Below, piece by piece: positions 27,739 to 38,200 of a DNA stretch of 64,000 bases. The notes below the pieces were generated by a model. It had not been told where the DNA came from. It worked only from the letters and a program-made list of their open reading frames with translations, and did not search any database. The stretch covers positions 2,126,893 through 2,190,892 of the forward strand of contig OY776562.1 of assembly GCA_963675785.1 (NCBI GenBank). The letters are read 5' to 3'. A program made the translations under genes and the position numbers. Position 1 is the stretch's first letter; every line of letters begins with the position of its first letter. Source of the DNA: Anaerolineae bacterium. GTDB taxonomy: Bacteria > Chloroflexota > Anaerolineae > UBA1429.

Positions 27739-29652
27739 TTAGTGTCCTGCCTGAGCCAGTACAGCACTCTTACCGCGGAACTGGCTATAGTAAAGATCGT
27801 GGTAAAAGCCACCGGCTGCAAGAAGGCTCTCGTGGGTGCCTTCTTCGATCACCTCGCCATAGTTGATAACCAGCACCTTGTCTGCCTCGCGGATGGTACT
27901 TAGGCGGTGAGCAATAACAAAACTAGTTCGCCCCGCCATCAGGCGAAGCAGGGCATCCTGAAGATGCCTTTCGGTGCGCGTATCTACGTTACTGGTAGCT
28001 TCGTCGAGAATCAGGATATCCGGATTGGCCAAAATCGTTCGGGCAATGGCCAACAACTGCCGCTGTCCCTGGCTCAGGTTGCTGCCGCGCTCAGTAAGCA
28101 CTGTGTTATAGCCGTACGGCAATCGATGGATAAAGGTATCGGCATTGGCCAGGCGTGCTGCCTCGTAAACTTCTTCATCGGTAGCCTCCATACGACCATA
28201 GCGGATGTTCGCCAACACGCTATCTCCGAACAAAAAGTTGTCTTGCAGAACAATACCAAGATGGCGCCGTAGTTCATCCATCTTGAGGTCGCGGATATCG
28301 CGGCCATCAATGCGAATACTGCCGCTATCTACATCATAAAAACGCATCATCAGGTTGATGACGGTGGTTTTGCCTGCACCAGTAGGGCCAACCAGGGCAA
28401 TCGTCTGGCCGGGCTCTGCCACCAGGCTAACGTGCTTGAGCACAGGGGTAGTAGGCTCATAAGAGAAGCAGACATCGTCAAACACCACCCGACCAGCAAC
28501 CCCTTCGAGTGAATGTGCATCAGCCGCATCCGTGATCTCGGGAATCTCATCCATAACCTCAAAGACACGCTCAGCGCCCGCAAGGGCTGACTGGATCGAG
28601 TTATACAATTGGGCAATTTCGTTGATAGGGCGTGTAAACTGGCGCGAATAGTTCACAAAGGAGGCAATGGTACCAACGGTCGCCAATCCCTTGACAGCAA
28701 ACCAGCCGCCCAATCCAGCCACAACGGCAAATGAAGCATTGTTGAGCATGTTAGAAATAGGTCCCATGAAACCAGATAGGATTTGCGCCCGGACGGCGTA
28801 ATAAACGTATTCGCCGTTCTTTTCTTCAAAGCTCTCGATCGTTCCCTCTTCGCGAACATAGGCCTTGACCACGCGCTCGCCGGTAATCGTTTCTTCAATC
28901 ACACTGTTCAACTCACCGAGGGCACGCTGCTGCCCACGAAAGTTTTCGCGAGTATGTTTGGCGATGGCCTGTGTTACCAAAACAGTGGCAGGAGCCACCA
29001 GAATCGAAACCAAAGCCAAACGCCAGTTGATGACGAACATCATGATCGCAACACCCACAATTGTCAGGATGCTAGATATTAATTGGGTAACCGTAGATGT
29101 AAGAATGTTGCTGATGTTCTCAATATCGTTAGTGAGACGGCTCATCAACTCACCGTGAGTGTGTTGATCGAAATAGCGCAGAGAAAGCGTTTGCAGCTTG
29201 GCAAACAAGTCGTTTCGCAGATCACGCAGCGAATTTTGGGAAACTCCCACCATGATAAAGGTCTGCAACCAGGTGGTTATGGCCATTCCCGTATAGGCAC
29301 CGAGCATCAACAACGCCATACGCGCCAGACCCGACATCTGCCCAGCGACCATATAGTCATCGATAGCCAAGCCCAACAGATAAGGCGTAAGCACATTGAA
29401 TACAGAGGTAAGGGTCACCATTAACACTGTCCCTACCAAACCGCGCCAGTATCGCCCCAGATAGGTCGCTAACCTACTGGTTGTGCCACGCACATCTTTG
29501 GCGCGCCGCTTCTCAAAGCGAGCAGCCATACCTCCGCCAGGACCACGCCCTGGCACCATAGGCGGATCTGAACGCTGCACAGTGGTCGCTTTATCATCCG
29601 CTTGGTCATTCATCTGGGGGCGCGGACGTTGCGTTTTTTCTCTATCAGACAT
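27739..29652 (-). CDS. ABC exporter, fused permease/ATPase subunit (heterodimer partner 2) with a Pro/Gly-rich hydrophilic N-terminal extension
   Basis: 6-TM domain plus NBD (GPTGAGKTT, LSQGQRQLLAIAR, ILILDEATS). Start at ATG 29650-29652, which overlaps the stop of the upstream partner by 8 bp (ATGTCTGA). Confidence 0.8.
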   Translation of the reverse strand: MSDREKTQRPRPQMNDQADDKATTVQRSDPPMVPGRGPGGGMAARFEKRRAKDVRGTTSRLATYLGRYWRGLVGTVLMVTLTSVFNVLTPYLLGLAIDDYMVAGQMSGLARMALLMLGAYTGMAITTWLQTFIMVGVSQNSLRDLRNDLFAKLQTLSLRYFDQHTHGELMSRLTNDIENISNILTSTVTQLISSILTIVGVAIMMFVINWRLALVSILVAPATVLVTQAIAKHTRENFRGQQRALGELNSVIEETITGERVVKAYVREEGTIESFEEKNGEYVYYAVRAQILSGFMGPISNMLNNASFAVVAGLGGWFAVKGLATVGTIASFVNYSRQFTRPINEIAQLYNSIQSALAGAERVFEVMDEIPEITDAADAHSLEGVAGRVVFDDVCFSYEPTTPVLKHVSLVAEPGQTIALVGPTGAGKTTVINLMMRFYDVDSGSIRIDGRDIRDLKMDELRRHLGIVLQDNFLFGDSVLANIRYGRMEATDEEVYEAARLANADTFIHRLPYGYNTVLTERGSNLSQGQRQLLAIARTILANPDILILDEATSNVDTRTERHLQDALLRLMAGRTSFVIAHRLSTIREADKVLVINYGEVIEEGTHESLLAAGGFYHDLYYSQFRGKSAVLAQAGH

Positions 29653-31390
29653 TAGCCATCGCTCCATTAGAAAGCTGTGATTCAAATATCTCACGATAAA
29701 TGGGGCTTGAATCCAAAAGCTCGTCATGCGTGCCTTCGGCGGCCACCATACCATCATCAAGAACTAGAATCTTATCAGCATTGAGTACTGTGCTGATACG
29801 TTGGGCAATTACAAAGGAGGTCATCTCTTTCATAAAAGAAGCCAATGCCTCTTGGATGCGTCCTTCGGTCTCTACATCCACCGAGCTCGTACTGTCATCT
29901 AACACCAGAACTGCTGGCTTGGTCAACAGCGCCCGCGCAATAGAAAGTCGCTGCTTCTGTCCACCAGAAAGGTTTACGCCTCGCTGCCCCACTTCGGTGT
30001 CATACCCCTCAGGGAAGGATATGATGAAATCATGTGCTTGAGCCATGCGCGCCGCATGCTCGACTTCTTCTTGCGAGGCTTCTGGCCGTCCGTAGCGGAT
30101 GTTGTCACGAATAGTGCCGGTAAACAGGATTGGCTCTTGTAGAGCGACACTCACCTTGCGCCGAAGTACGTCCGTATTGACATCGCGTACGTCAACGCCA
30201 TCAATGGTTACACATCCGCCGGTAACATCATAGAATCGCGGGATGAGATGGACCAAGCTAGACTTGCCTGCTCCGGTCGTCCCCAGAATGGCTACTGTTT
30301 GCCCGGGCTCTACATCAAAGCTGACGCCCTTGAGAACAGGGTCCCCTTGATCACCATCATAACTGAACGACACATTGTCAAAGACCACATGACCGGTCGG
30401 GGAAAAATCGGTCAAAGCATCCGGGGAATTGACGATGTCTGGTTCAGAATCAAGTACTTCGGACACACGTATGGCCGATGCCTGTGCACGTGCAAGACGC
30501 ATAACGAGCATTGCAACCATCACAAGGCTCATCATGGCGCGCGTCAAATAGTTAACAAAGGCGATGATCTGGCCAACCTGCATGTCTCCCTGCTGAACAT
30601 CGATACCGCCAAACCAAACGACGGCCACAATGCCCAGGTTCACTGCCATGCCCATCAAAGGCATCGCTACCGCTGCAATACGCGAAGCTTTGACGGTAAT
30701 GTCCTTTAGAGATTCGTTGGTGGTCTCAAAGCGATTTCGTTCGTGCCGCATCTGCACAAAAGCTTTGACCACACGAACACCCATCAGGTTTTCCTGCAAG
30801 ACGGTGTTGAGTTTATCCAGGTTCTTTTGGACGATACTGAACAGAGGAAAACTCTTACGGACAACAAAGATGACGAAAACCAGCTCTATTGGCATGAGCA
30901 CCAAGAGAATCCAGGATAACTTGGGGCTGGTTACGATAGCCATAGCAAAACTACCGATCATCGTAAACGGGGCTCGCACCATCATCTGCATGATCATGCG
31001 AGCCACTTCTTTGATCTGTACCACGTCATTAGTCAGGCGGGTTACCAATTCGCCGGTATGAAGCTTGTCCAGATTAGAAAATGAGAGAGATTGAACCTTG
31101 CGAAACAGTGTTCCGCGCAAATCTGCGCCAAAAGCCTCTGCCGCTTTGACAGCAAAAAAGGTGCAGCCCATGCCGCCAATCACACCGATGAGCGCTACCC
31201 CCATCATGAGCCAGCCCGTATTAACGACCAATTGAAGATCAAGGTTGGCAATACCTTCATCAACAATGCGCTCAACAAGGGCAGGCTGTAAAAGGTCCAT
31301 GGCAACTTCCAACACCATAAACAATGGTGCCAAAATCGCCCACTTGCGATAGGGGCGCATGAACCTAATTAGCTCTTTCAGCGATTGCAT
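29645..31390 (-). CDS. ABC exporter, fused permease/ATPase subunit (heterodimer partner 1)
   Basis: 6-TM domain plus NBD (GTTGAGKSS, LSGGQKQRLSIARAL, VLVLDDSTS). Confidence 0.8.
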   Translation of the reverse strand: MQSLKELIRFMRPYRKWAILAPLFMVLEVAMDLLQPALVERIVDEGIANLDLQLVVNTGWLMMGVALIGVIGGMGCTFFAVKAAEAFGADLRGTLFRKVQSLSFSNLDKLHTGELVTRLTNDVVQIKEVARMIMQMMVRAPFTMIGSFAMAIVTSPKLSWILLVLMPIELVFVIFVVRKSFPLFSIVQKNLDKLNTVLQENLMGVRVVKAFVQMRHERNRFETTNESLKDITVKASRIAAVAMPLMGMAVNLGIVAVVWFGGIDVQQGDMQVGQIIAFVNYLTRAMMSLVMVAMLVMRLARAQASAIRVSEVLDSEPDIVNSPDALTDFSPTGHVVFDNVSFSYDGDQGDPVLKGVSFDVEPGQTVAILGTTGAGKSSLVHLIPRFYDVTGGCVTIDGVDVRDVNTDVLRRKVSVALQEPILFTGTIRDNIRYGRPEASQEEVEHAARMAQAHDFIISFPEGYDTEVGQRGVNLSGGQKQRLSIARALLTKPAVLVLDDSTSSVDVETEGRIQEALASFMKEMTSFVIAQRISTVLNADKILVLDDGMVAAEGTHDELLDSSPIYREIFESQLSNGAMANV

Positions 31391-31416
31391 ACCCGACAGA
31401 CTCCTCTCACAACAAC

Positions 31417-31860
31417 TTAACTATTCTCAGTTACATTCTTGAGGTTTGTGATGATTCGTTCCAACAGGGCACGAATCTGCTCCCGCTCCTCGTCATCAAA
31501 GCCTGCAAAGGTTTCCTCATCGATTCGATCAAACGTCGCAAAAACCTCCTCGCGCTTGGTACGCCCCTCTTTGGTAAGATACACGCGAGAGATGCGCTGA
31601 TCATTCATATCCTGCTTGCGTTCGACAAGACCCGCTTTTTCAGCTCTTTGAACAAGGCGCGTCACAGTGGCACGCGTGACTTCCATCTTGTCAGCAAGGT
31701 CAGAATGACTCTGCCCATCTTCATGCCAGAGCAAACGCATCAAACGGGACTGACTGTGAAACAATCCCAAAAGATCCATCAATTGCTGCACGCGGTGGTG
31801 ATGCAAGTGCCCCACAGTACCTATCAGAAACCCAAGGGTCTTATCAGGTTTGTCGTGCAC
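31417..31860 (-). CDS. MarR-family transcriptional regulator
   Basis: wHTH ...HSDLADKMEVTRATVTRLVQRAEKAGLVERKQDMNDQRISRVYLT. GTG start. It is the first gene of the MarR-ABC-ABC operon. Confidence 0.8.
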   Translation of the reverse strand: MHDKPDKTLGFLIGTVGHLHHHRVQQLMDLLGLFHSQSRLMRLLWHEDGQSHSDLADKMEVTRATVTRLVQRAEKAGLVERKQDMNDQRISRVYLTKEGRTKREEVFATFDRIDEETFAGFDDEEREQIRALLERIITNLKNVTENS

Positions 31861-31885
31861 GCGGCACCTCCGATTGAGATAATAC

Positions 31886-31913
31886 TTAGCTAGCTAAATA
31901 TAAGCCGGCTTAT
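31886..31913. promoter_or_regulatory. Two adjacent perfect palindromes (TTAGCTAGCTAA and ATAAGCCGGCTTAT) 26-53 bp upstream of marR; candidate MarR operators
   Basis: Read directly from the sequence. MarR repressors bind palindromes overlapping their own promoters. Confidence 0.4.
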
Positions 31914-31940
31914 CATTTTTGTCAAGCGCGTAGAAACATA

Positions 31941-31976
31941 AAAAACAGCCCGAGGAAAATCTCGGGCTGTTTATAG
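31941..31976 (-). terminator. Rho-independent terminator downstream of tRNA-Asn
   Basis: Stem ACAGCCCGAG/CTCGGGCTGT with loop GAAAAT, and A/T tracts on both sides. Confidence 0.6.
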
Positions 31977-32002
31977 GGTGGATGCGGGTTTGCCGCATTC
32001 AG

Positions 32003-32074
32003 CTCCTCGGGCTGGACTCGAACCAACAACCAACCGGTTAACAGCCGGTCGCTCTACCATTGAGCTACCGAGGA
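32003..32074 (-). tRNA. tRNA-Asn (anticodon GTT)
   Basis: Acceptor TCCTCGG/CCGAGGA, D-arm GCTC/GAGC, anticodon stem ACCGG/CCGGT with loop CTGTTAA, T-arm GTTGG-TTCGAGT-CCAGC. CCA not encoded. Confidence 0.85.
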
Positions 32075-32102
32075 TTACAGGGTTTCCCCTAGCACGGGGA
32101 GC

Positions 32103-32131
32103 AGTTTACCCCCTAACTTTTGCAGTGTCAA
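32103..32131 (-). promoter_or_regulatory. Candidate promoter TTGACA-N17-TAAACT between rpoD and tRNA-Asn
   Basis: Consensus -35 box. It would give a ~30-nt leader on the tRNA. Confidence 0.3.
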
Positions 32132-32148
32132 ATCTGACCGGGCCCACG

Positions 32149-33411
32149 TTAGGTCAAATAGTCACGCAGCTTGCGACTTCGAGTTGGATGACGCAACTTG
32201 CGCAACGCCTTGGATTCAATCTGACGAATGCGCTCGCGTGTGACGCCAAACCGCTGGCCCACCTCTTCAAGAGTATGCGTCTGGCCGTCTTCGAGACCGA
32301 AACGCATGATCAGCACCTCTCGCTCGCGTTCTTTGAGAGAATCAAGGCTTTCGGCAATCTGCTCACGAAGCAATTCGCGGTCCGTCTCTTCTACCGGGCT
32401 GGCCGTATTTTCATCCGCAATAAAGTCCACCAACACACTGTTCTCTTCAGAACCAACTGGTGTCTCCAAAGACATGGGCTCTTGCGAAACGCGCATGAGT
32501 TGCTGCACTTTATCAGCAGAATTCTCCAACCGTATGGCAACATCGCGTGGAAGTGCAGTGCCTGTGGTGCTGCAATTTTCGATAATACGCTGATCCTCTT
32601 TGGTAACAAAATCCAAGGCCATGGCCGTCTCTTCAGGCGTTGGATCCCGTCCCAGTTCTTGTTGCAGTTGGCGTTGTGCACGGGTAACACGATTGATCGA
32701 TTCGACCATATGGACGGGAATACGAATAGTTCGCGCTTGGTCGGCAATTGCCCTTGTAACCGCCTGTCGGATCCACCAGGTGGCATAAGTGCTGAACTTG
32801 AACCCACGCTTGTAATCAAACTTTTCAACAGCGCGGATCAAGCCAAGATTTCCTTCCTGAATCAGATCAAGAAACGAAAGCCCTCTGCCAAGATAGCGCT
32901 TGGCCACGCTAACCACCAGGCGAAGGTTGGCCTCAGTCAATCGCCTCTGAGCCACATCTCCCTGAAGCACCTTGAGTTTTGTAGTCTGGAGCTCTTGGGC
33001 AGAAAGACTCGTCTCGGGGTCAGCCAATAACGCTTGCGCCTCAAAGCCTTCTTGCACAGCCTTGGCAAGGCGGACTTCTTCTTCACCAGAAAGAAGAGGT
33101 ACCCGACCTATTTCGCGGAGATACATGCGTACAGGATCGTTGATCAGTGAAGGATCGTTGGAACTATTATCAGAAGTAGTGCGCATACGCGAGGCATCAG
33201 CCTCGATCTCTTTGTCCTCAACGGTTATAACCGGGATTTCCAGTTCTTCGAGAGACTCACGCAAACCTATAACCTGCCTCTTGGTTGCAGAAGCAGGAAG
33301 GGCGTCTTTGATGTCTTCTTCTGTCACATAGCCGCTTCGCTCGGCTTTTTCAACAAGCCTGCTGAACAATTGATCCTGTAGCGTGGGATCTGATGACATT
33401 CTTTGCTCCAA
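32149..33411 (-). CDS. rpoD: Primary RNA polymerase sigma factor (RpoD/SigA)
   Basis: Regions 1.2-4 are present: ...[29 protein letters not shown]..., region 4 ...[30 protein letters not shown]. Confidence 0.9.
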   Translation of the reverse strand: MEQRMSSDPTLQDQLFSRLVEKAERSGYVTEEDIKDALPASATKRQVIGLRESLEELEIPVITVEDKEIEADASRMRTTSDNSSNDPSLINDPVRMYLREIGRVPLLSGEEEVRLAKAVQEGFEAQALLADPETSLSAQELQTTKLKVLQGDVAQRRLTEANLRLVVSVAKRYLGRGLSFLDLIQEGNLGLIRAVEKFDYKRGFKFSTYATWWIRQAVTRAIADQARTIRIPVHMVESINRVTRAQRQLQQELGRDPTPEETAMALDFVTKEDQRIIENCSTTGTALPRDVAIRLENSADKVQQLMRVSQEPMSLETPVGSEENSVLVDFIADENTASPVEETDRELLREQIAESLDSLKEREREVLIMRFGLEDGQTHTLEEVGQRFGVTRERIRQIESKALRKLRHPTRSRKLRDYLT

Positions 33412-33420
33412 ACTGGACGC

Positions 33421-35292
33421 TTACTTGCGACTCTTGCCCATCAAGGTTACTTCATATGCGCGCCGATTAGCTAGTTCAATCTCTCGCGAGATCTCTTCAG
33501 CCCTGGCTCCAAGACGTTCAGCCTCTTGCTTGTCGCCAGACTGTCGTGCATCCTCAAGGGCATATCGCAACTCTGCCAATGACCGGGAAAGATGTGCCTT
33601 GCGCATACGTAGCGCACTTTTGATCAGATCCTCGATCGCCATATCCTCGGACATGGCTGGCCCCGCCGTCAGGGCATCGCGCGTGGATTCTACACGACCT
33701 ACTAGCTCTTCGTCAAGCCATTCTAACTTCTCTTTTGAATCTTCTACTGTCTTTTTTTCAAGTGTAAGCAGCTCTTCAAAGAGAGCACGGTTGCGCACAT
33801 CTTGAAATGCTTCTGCATCGATTCCCGAGAGACTGCGGACTTGCTCAAACCGTTGGGGATAGAGCCATAGCAAACCAACTACACGATCCTCAATCGAGAG
33901 CGCACGCGCGGGTTGTCGCTGCGTCTCTGCCGCCTCCACCGGTTGCGCAGAATCCCGCTGACGATATCTGCGCATCTCCCGAGCCAACACCTGCTCGGAT
34001 ACTCGAACAAGTTGTGACAGACGCTGCAGATAATGGCTTTGCTCAACCTGGCTGTCAATGGCAGCAATGACCGGCAAAATCCGTTCGGTAAACTGGCGTT
34101 TGCCCCGCGCCGTAGTCAAATCCTCTTCGGATGAGACAATACGCATCACAAAATCAACAAAGGGTACGGCCTCTTCTACAGCCTGATCCCAAAGCGCCCG
34201 ATCGCGGAGGATAACCTCATCTGGGTCTAGTCCATCCGGAAGTGTCATCACCCGAATCTCGGCATTCAGCTGATTCTCATAGCGCACCACACCATCAGCG
34301 GATACCAGTGGCACTATTTTGTGCCCCAATCCGTCCCTGGCCGCATCCACCCCTCGCAATGTTGCATTGATACCAGCCGTATCCGGATCCAGCGCAAAAA
34401 GAAGCCTATCCGTCATGCCACGCAGAATCTTGATATGGTCGTTGGTCAACGCCGTGCCCAGGCAGGCCACAAGATTGCGTACCCCTTCCTGATAGGGCAC
34501 GATGACATCCATATAACCCTCTACGATGACAACCGTTCCTGTGTCGCGAATTGCCTGGCGCGCTAGATCAATGCCATAGAGCACGCTGCCCTTGTGGAAC
34601 AACGGCGTTTCGGGGCTGTTCAGGTATTTGGGCTGCGAATCATTGAGCACACGTCCACCAAAACCCATTACCCGACCGCGGTGATCACGAATTGGGAACA
34701 TGATCCGCCCGCGGAATCGATCATATATGTTGCCCGAATCGCTTTGGGTGAGCAGCCCTGCTTTGAGCAAGTCGCTTTGTGGATACAAGCGCAAGAGGCG
34801 CTGTTCTAGAACATGCCAATCGTCTGGCGCAAAACCAAGTTGATAGGCACGAAGTGTCTCTGGCCTGAGACCTCTTTTGGTCAGGTACTGCCTGGCCTCT
34901 TCAGCGCGGGGATCATTGAGTAACAGGTGATTGTAAAAATCGGCCGCTGAAGCATTGACCTCGAACAAGCGATCGCGCTCGCTCTTGATGGCCTGTTCCT
35001 GCGGCGTCTGCGGACGCAGCTCAACCCCAGCCCGTTCGGCCAACATACGTAGCGCTTCGCCAAAAGCCAGGTTCTCTTGCTTCATGATAAAAGCAAAGAC
35101 ATCGCCGCCCGTGCCGCAAGAACCAAAACAGTGCCATGTTTGGGTATCGGGAAAAACGATGAACGATGGCGTCTTTTCAGTGTGGAACGGGCAAAGGCCT
35201 TTGTAGCTGTGGCCGGCCTTTTTTAGTTCCACATACTGACTAATAACATCCACCAGATCGAGGCGCTGGCGGATTTCGTCGACGACATCCAC
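33421..35292 (-). CDS. dnaG: DNA primase DnaG
   Basis: Zinc ribbon CPFHTEKTPSF...CFGC, TOPRIM domain (...VIVEGYMDVI...). Lies 9 bp upstream of rpoD. Confidence 0.9.
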   Translation of the reverse strand: MDVVDEIRQRLDLVDVISQYVELKKAGHSYKGLCPFHTEKTPSFIVFPDTQTWHCFGSCGTGGDVFAFIMKQENLAFGEALRMLAERAGVELRPQTPQEQAIKSERDRLFEVNASAADFYNHLLLNDPRAEEARQYLTKRGLRPETLRAYQLGFAPDDWHVLEQRLLRLYPQSDLLKAGLLTQSDSGNIYDRFRGRIMFPIRDHRGRVMGFGGRVLNDSQPKYLNSPETPLFHKGSVLYGIDLARQAIRDTGTVVIVEGYMDVIVPYQEGVRNLVACLGTALTNDHIKILRGMTDRLLFALDPDTAGINATLRGVDAARDGLGHKIVPLVSADGVVRYENQLNAEIRVMTLPDGLDPDEVILRDRALWDQAVEEAVPFVDFVMRIVSSEEDLTTARGKRQFTERILPVIAAIDSQVEQSHYLQRLSQLVRVSEQVLAREMRRYRQRDSAQPVEAAETQRQPARALSIEDRVVGLLWLYPQRFEQVRSLSGIDAEAFQDVRNRALFEELLTLEKKTVEDSKEKLEWLDEELVGRVESTRDALTAGPAMSEDMAIEDLIKSALRMRKAHLSRSLAELRYALEDARQSGDKQEAERLGARAEEISREIELANRRAYEVTLMGKSRK

Positions 35293-35293
35293 C

Positions 35294-38200
35294 TTAATCC
35301 ACCTCTCCCGACAATCCTTCAGTTCGGGTCACCCGTATGGGGCCATCAGCCACATAGAGTTCGCCCGTTGTCGTATCCAAGTCACTTGCTCGACTGTATC
35401 CTTCGGGAACCAAGGCTTGTTGGCTGATAATCTCAAGGGTATATGGATCCAGCAAATACATTGTCGTTGGCGTGAGCAAAATGACCGATTCACCATCCGC
35501 CGAGAGCTGCACATGATTAGCGATCGAAAGAGGCTCTGTAGGATTGCCCCACAAGCTCGCCGTAATACGGCCAGTCAGCGTATCAATGGCTTGAATGCCC
35601 CCATACTTGGCCGAAAGAGAATTAACGATGTAAAGACGATTGCGCTCACTATCCAACACCATATCGGCGGGCATGGCAGTCCCCGTCAATTCGATGTAAC
35701 TCTCGATAGCCAAATTAGTCGTATTTATCAAGGCTAGACGACTGGCCTCTGGCTCAGCGACATAGAGCTTGCCGTTGGCCTCATCAAGCAGCATCATGTC
35801 GGGGATCGTCCCCAAATCGAGGCTATCGACAACGGCGCCACTCTTGGCATCGGCCAACACGAGCTGATCACTGCCTGCATCGGCGATCAACAGACCTTGA
35901 CCCGATAGAATAGCAGCCACAGGCTTGCCCAAATCACTGACCGCACCAAGTAGATTGCCATCGCTGTCCAGCAGATCCACGCGCCCTTCATCGAAAAGCG
36001 GCACCGCCACAGAACCCGTGGCTTCATCCAAGCCCACAATACCCAAGGAGCTGGTGTAGTTGAGGGAGTAAACAATCTCCCCCGTCGAGAGATCGACGCT
36101 CGTTAGAGCTTTATAGCGCGTCACCACCATACGTTGTAGGGCTTCATCGATCTGCAATGTAGAGACTCTGGCATCGGCCTTGTTCTCCTCGGCCAAGGAG
36201 ATATCCCCTTCCACCAGATCGTAGGTGACGGGGGGTGAAAGGGTCGTTAGCTGTACAGTTTCGCCAGTCGCCGTCTGGATCGCCACATGATCAGAAGAGT
36301 TGGTAGAAATCGCATCACAAGCCTCGACTGAAATATTGTCTACCAGCATTGAGGTAACGCCTTCGCTCGGGATACCATCGTTATAAACACCAAAATAAAG
36401 ATATAATGTCTGACCGGCATAATCGGTAAGGTCATAGTAATAACCGACCCAGTCCGAAGTATTGTTCAAGCTCCAGAGAAGTGCTCTAGAAGTGCCAAGA
36501 TCCTCTGATCTCAGTAAAATACACTGGTAGTCGCCAGAAGTATCGGAAGAAGAATATTTGGCCCAGAAGATCAAGGCAATATCATCAGCTTCAGGCAATG
36601 TGATCTTTTGCTGAACAGAACTAAAGGAATAGCAATCTTTGCTAGAATTCACGATGCCGATGCGTAAAGCCTGTGTCCCCGCATAAGCATCGCTGGTATA
36701 GCTAGCTGGATATCCTCCCTGAAGAGTCCAGACACTGCTCGTTTCGCAATTCCCATTCGTCACTAGTTCTACACAACCCTGCACGGGCGCCGGCGTTGGC
36801 TCGGTCGTCAAGTCTGCATACTGATAAATCAACGGCAGGTTCCAAACCAACGTACCCGCTGAATAGGGTGTAGGCGTGGGCAGAACGGTATCCGAAGGGA
36901 TGCGCACAGGAGCGGCATTCGTCAACGCAGCACTGCCGTTGGATGGCGTCGTCAGGGTAGCATCGATGGTACGAGTGCCCGTGGCGCCACCAGAACGCGC
37001 CTCAAAAGTGAGCTCTAGCGTGCCCTCAACTAGAGTGCTGGGTTTGGAAGCTGCGGCTAACACATCGTATTGCGCATGTGTGCTGCCGTCATTATCGCGC
37101 CAATCCCACATATCCCAATTGCCGTTTGGATCAACCAATTCAAAGGGGCAGACCCCTATCACTTCGGACCACTGCGACCAATAGTCGGTCATAGCCCTGA
37201 GCATATAGTTAGCGCGATTGCTTTCGCCTATCTTGTCATACTCAAGATCGTTTGCACTCAAAGCATATCCCGTCTCAGTGATGAGTACCTGCAAATCATC
37301 ACGACCGTATTGTGCTAGACGTTGTAGTTCAAGCAAATAGCTATCAATACTATAGTTAGAGTAACTTGTTATATTTCCAGCATGTAGATTGTATTCAGGA
37401 GGACGATTGCCAGGATAAGTATGGGCAGCCCACACATCAAAAGAATCCAACCAGCCGCTCACTCGAGCCATACGGTCGATGAACGCCAACGCAGCAATGT
37501 TTCCGCCATTGGGTGAAAGTCCACCATTCATGATGACGATACGATCATCGCCCAAGGCTCGTATGGCAGCCGATACGTCCACCATCATAGCAGCGTATTC
37601 TTCGGGGTTAGCCTCATCCCCCCACTCCAAATTCAAGTTGGGCTCGTTCCAAATCTCGATATAGAGGAGATGATCATTGGGAATGTACTGCCGCAGGCCA
37701 TCTACTACGCGGGCAAAAGCCGCGGCGATTGAACTATAATCACCGGGAGCGTCAGCAATCGGTTTGTTCCAATAACCACTGCCATAGGTGCCCGCCAGAC
37801 GAATGACTGGAGTAATGTTATTTGCATAACAAATTTCAACAAACTTTTCCCAACACGGCTGGGGGCCAGGTGTAGATGCCTCGATATCCTTAAAGAGCTG
37901 CTTGGCGTAGGTGTTTTCACCCACTACTTCAAGTGTCCAGTTCAACTGCTGATTAATACCGTCGGTATTGCAGTAATCTTGTACAAAAGTATTCATGCCA
38001 TATACGGTGGTGGTACGCGCAGCAGGGATGGTAAAATCAGAGGCGGACCACCGTAGCGTATCACCAGAGACTACAGGATTCACCCCAGCCTTTGTGACAC
38101 CATTGGAGGTCAGCGTGGTACTACCCGATACATAGGTAAAACCATCGGGCAAAGTCACCACAAGTGTAGCACCATCAACCTCGTTCTCAGCGGTATTCTC

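Noticed and set aside
32075-32100. Small hairpin TCCCC-TAGCAC-GGGGA between rpoD and tRNA-Asn as the rpoD terminator
   Set aside because: Short stem and no T-tract. rpoD may read through to the tRNA-Asn terminator instead.
31978-33030. 350-aa plus-strand ORF
   Set aside because: It overlaps tRNA-Asn and is entirely antisense to the well-supported rpoD gene, and has no recognisable motifs. Spurious.
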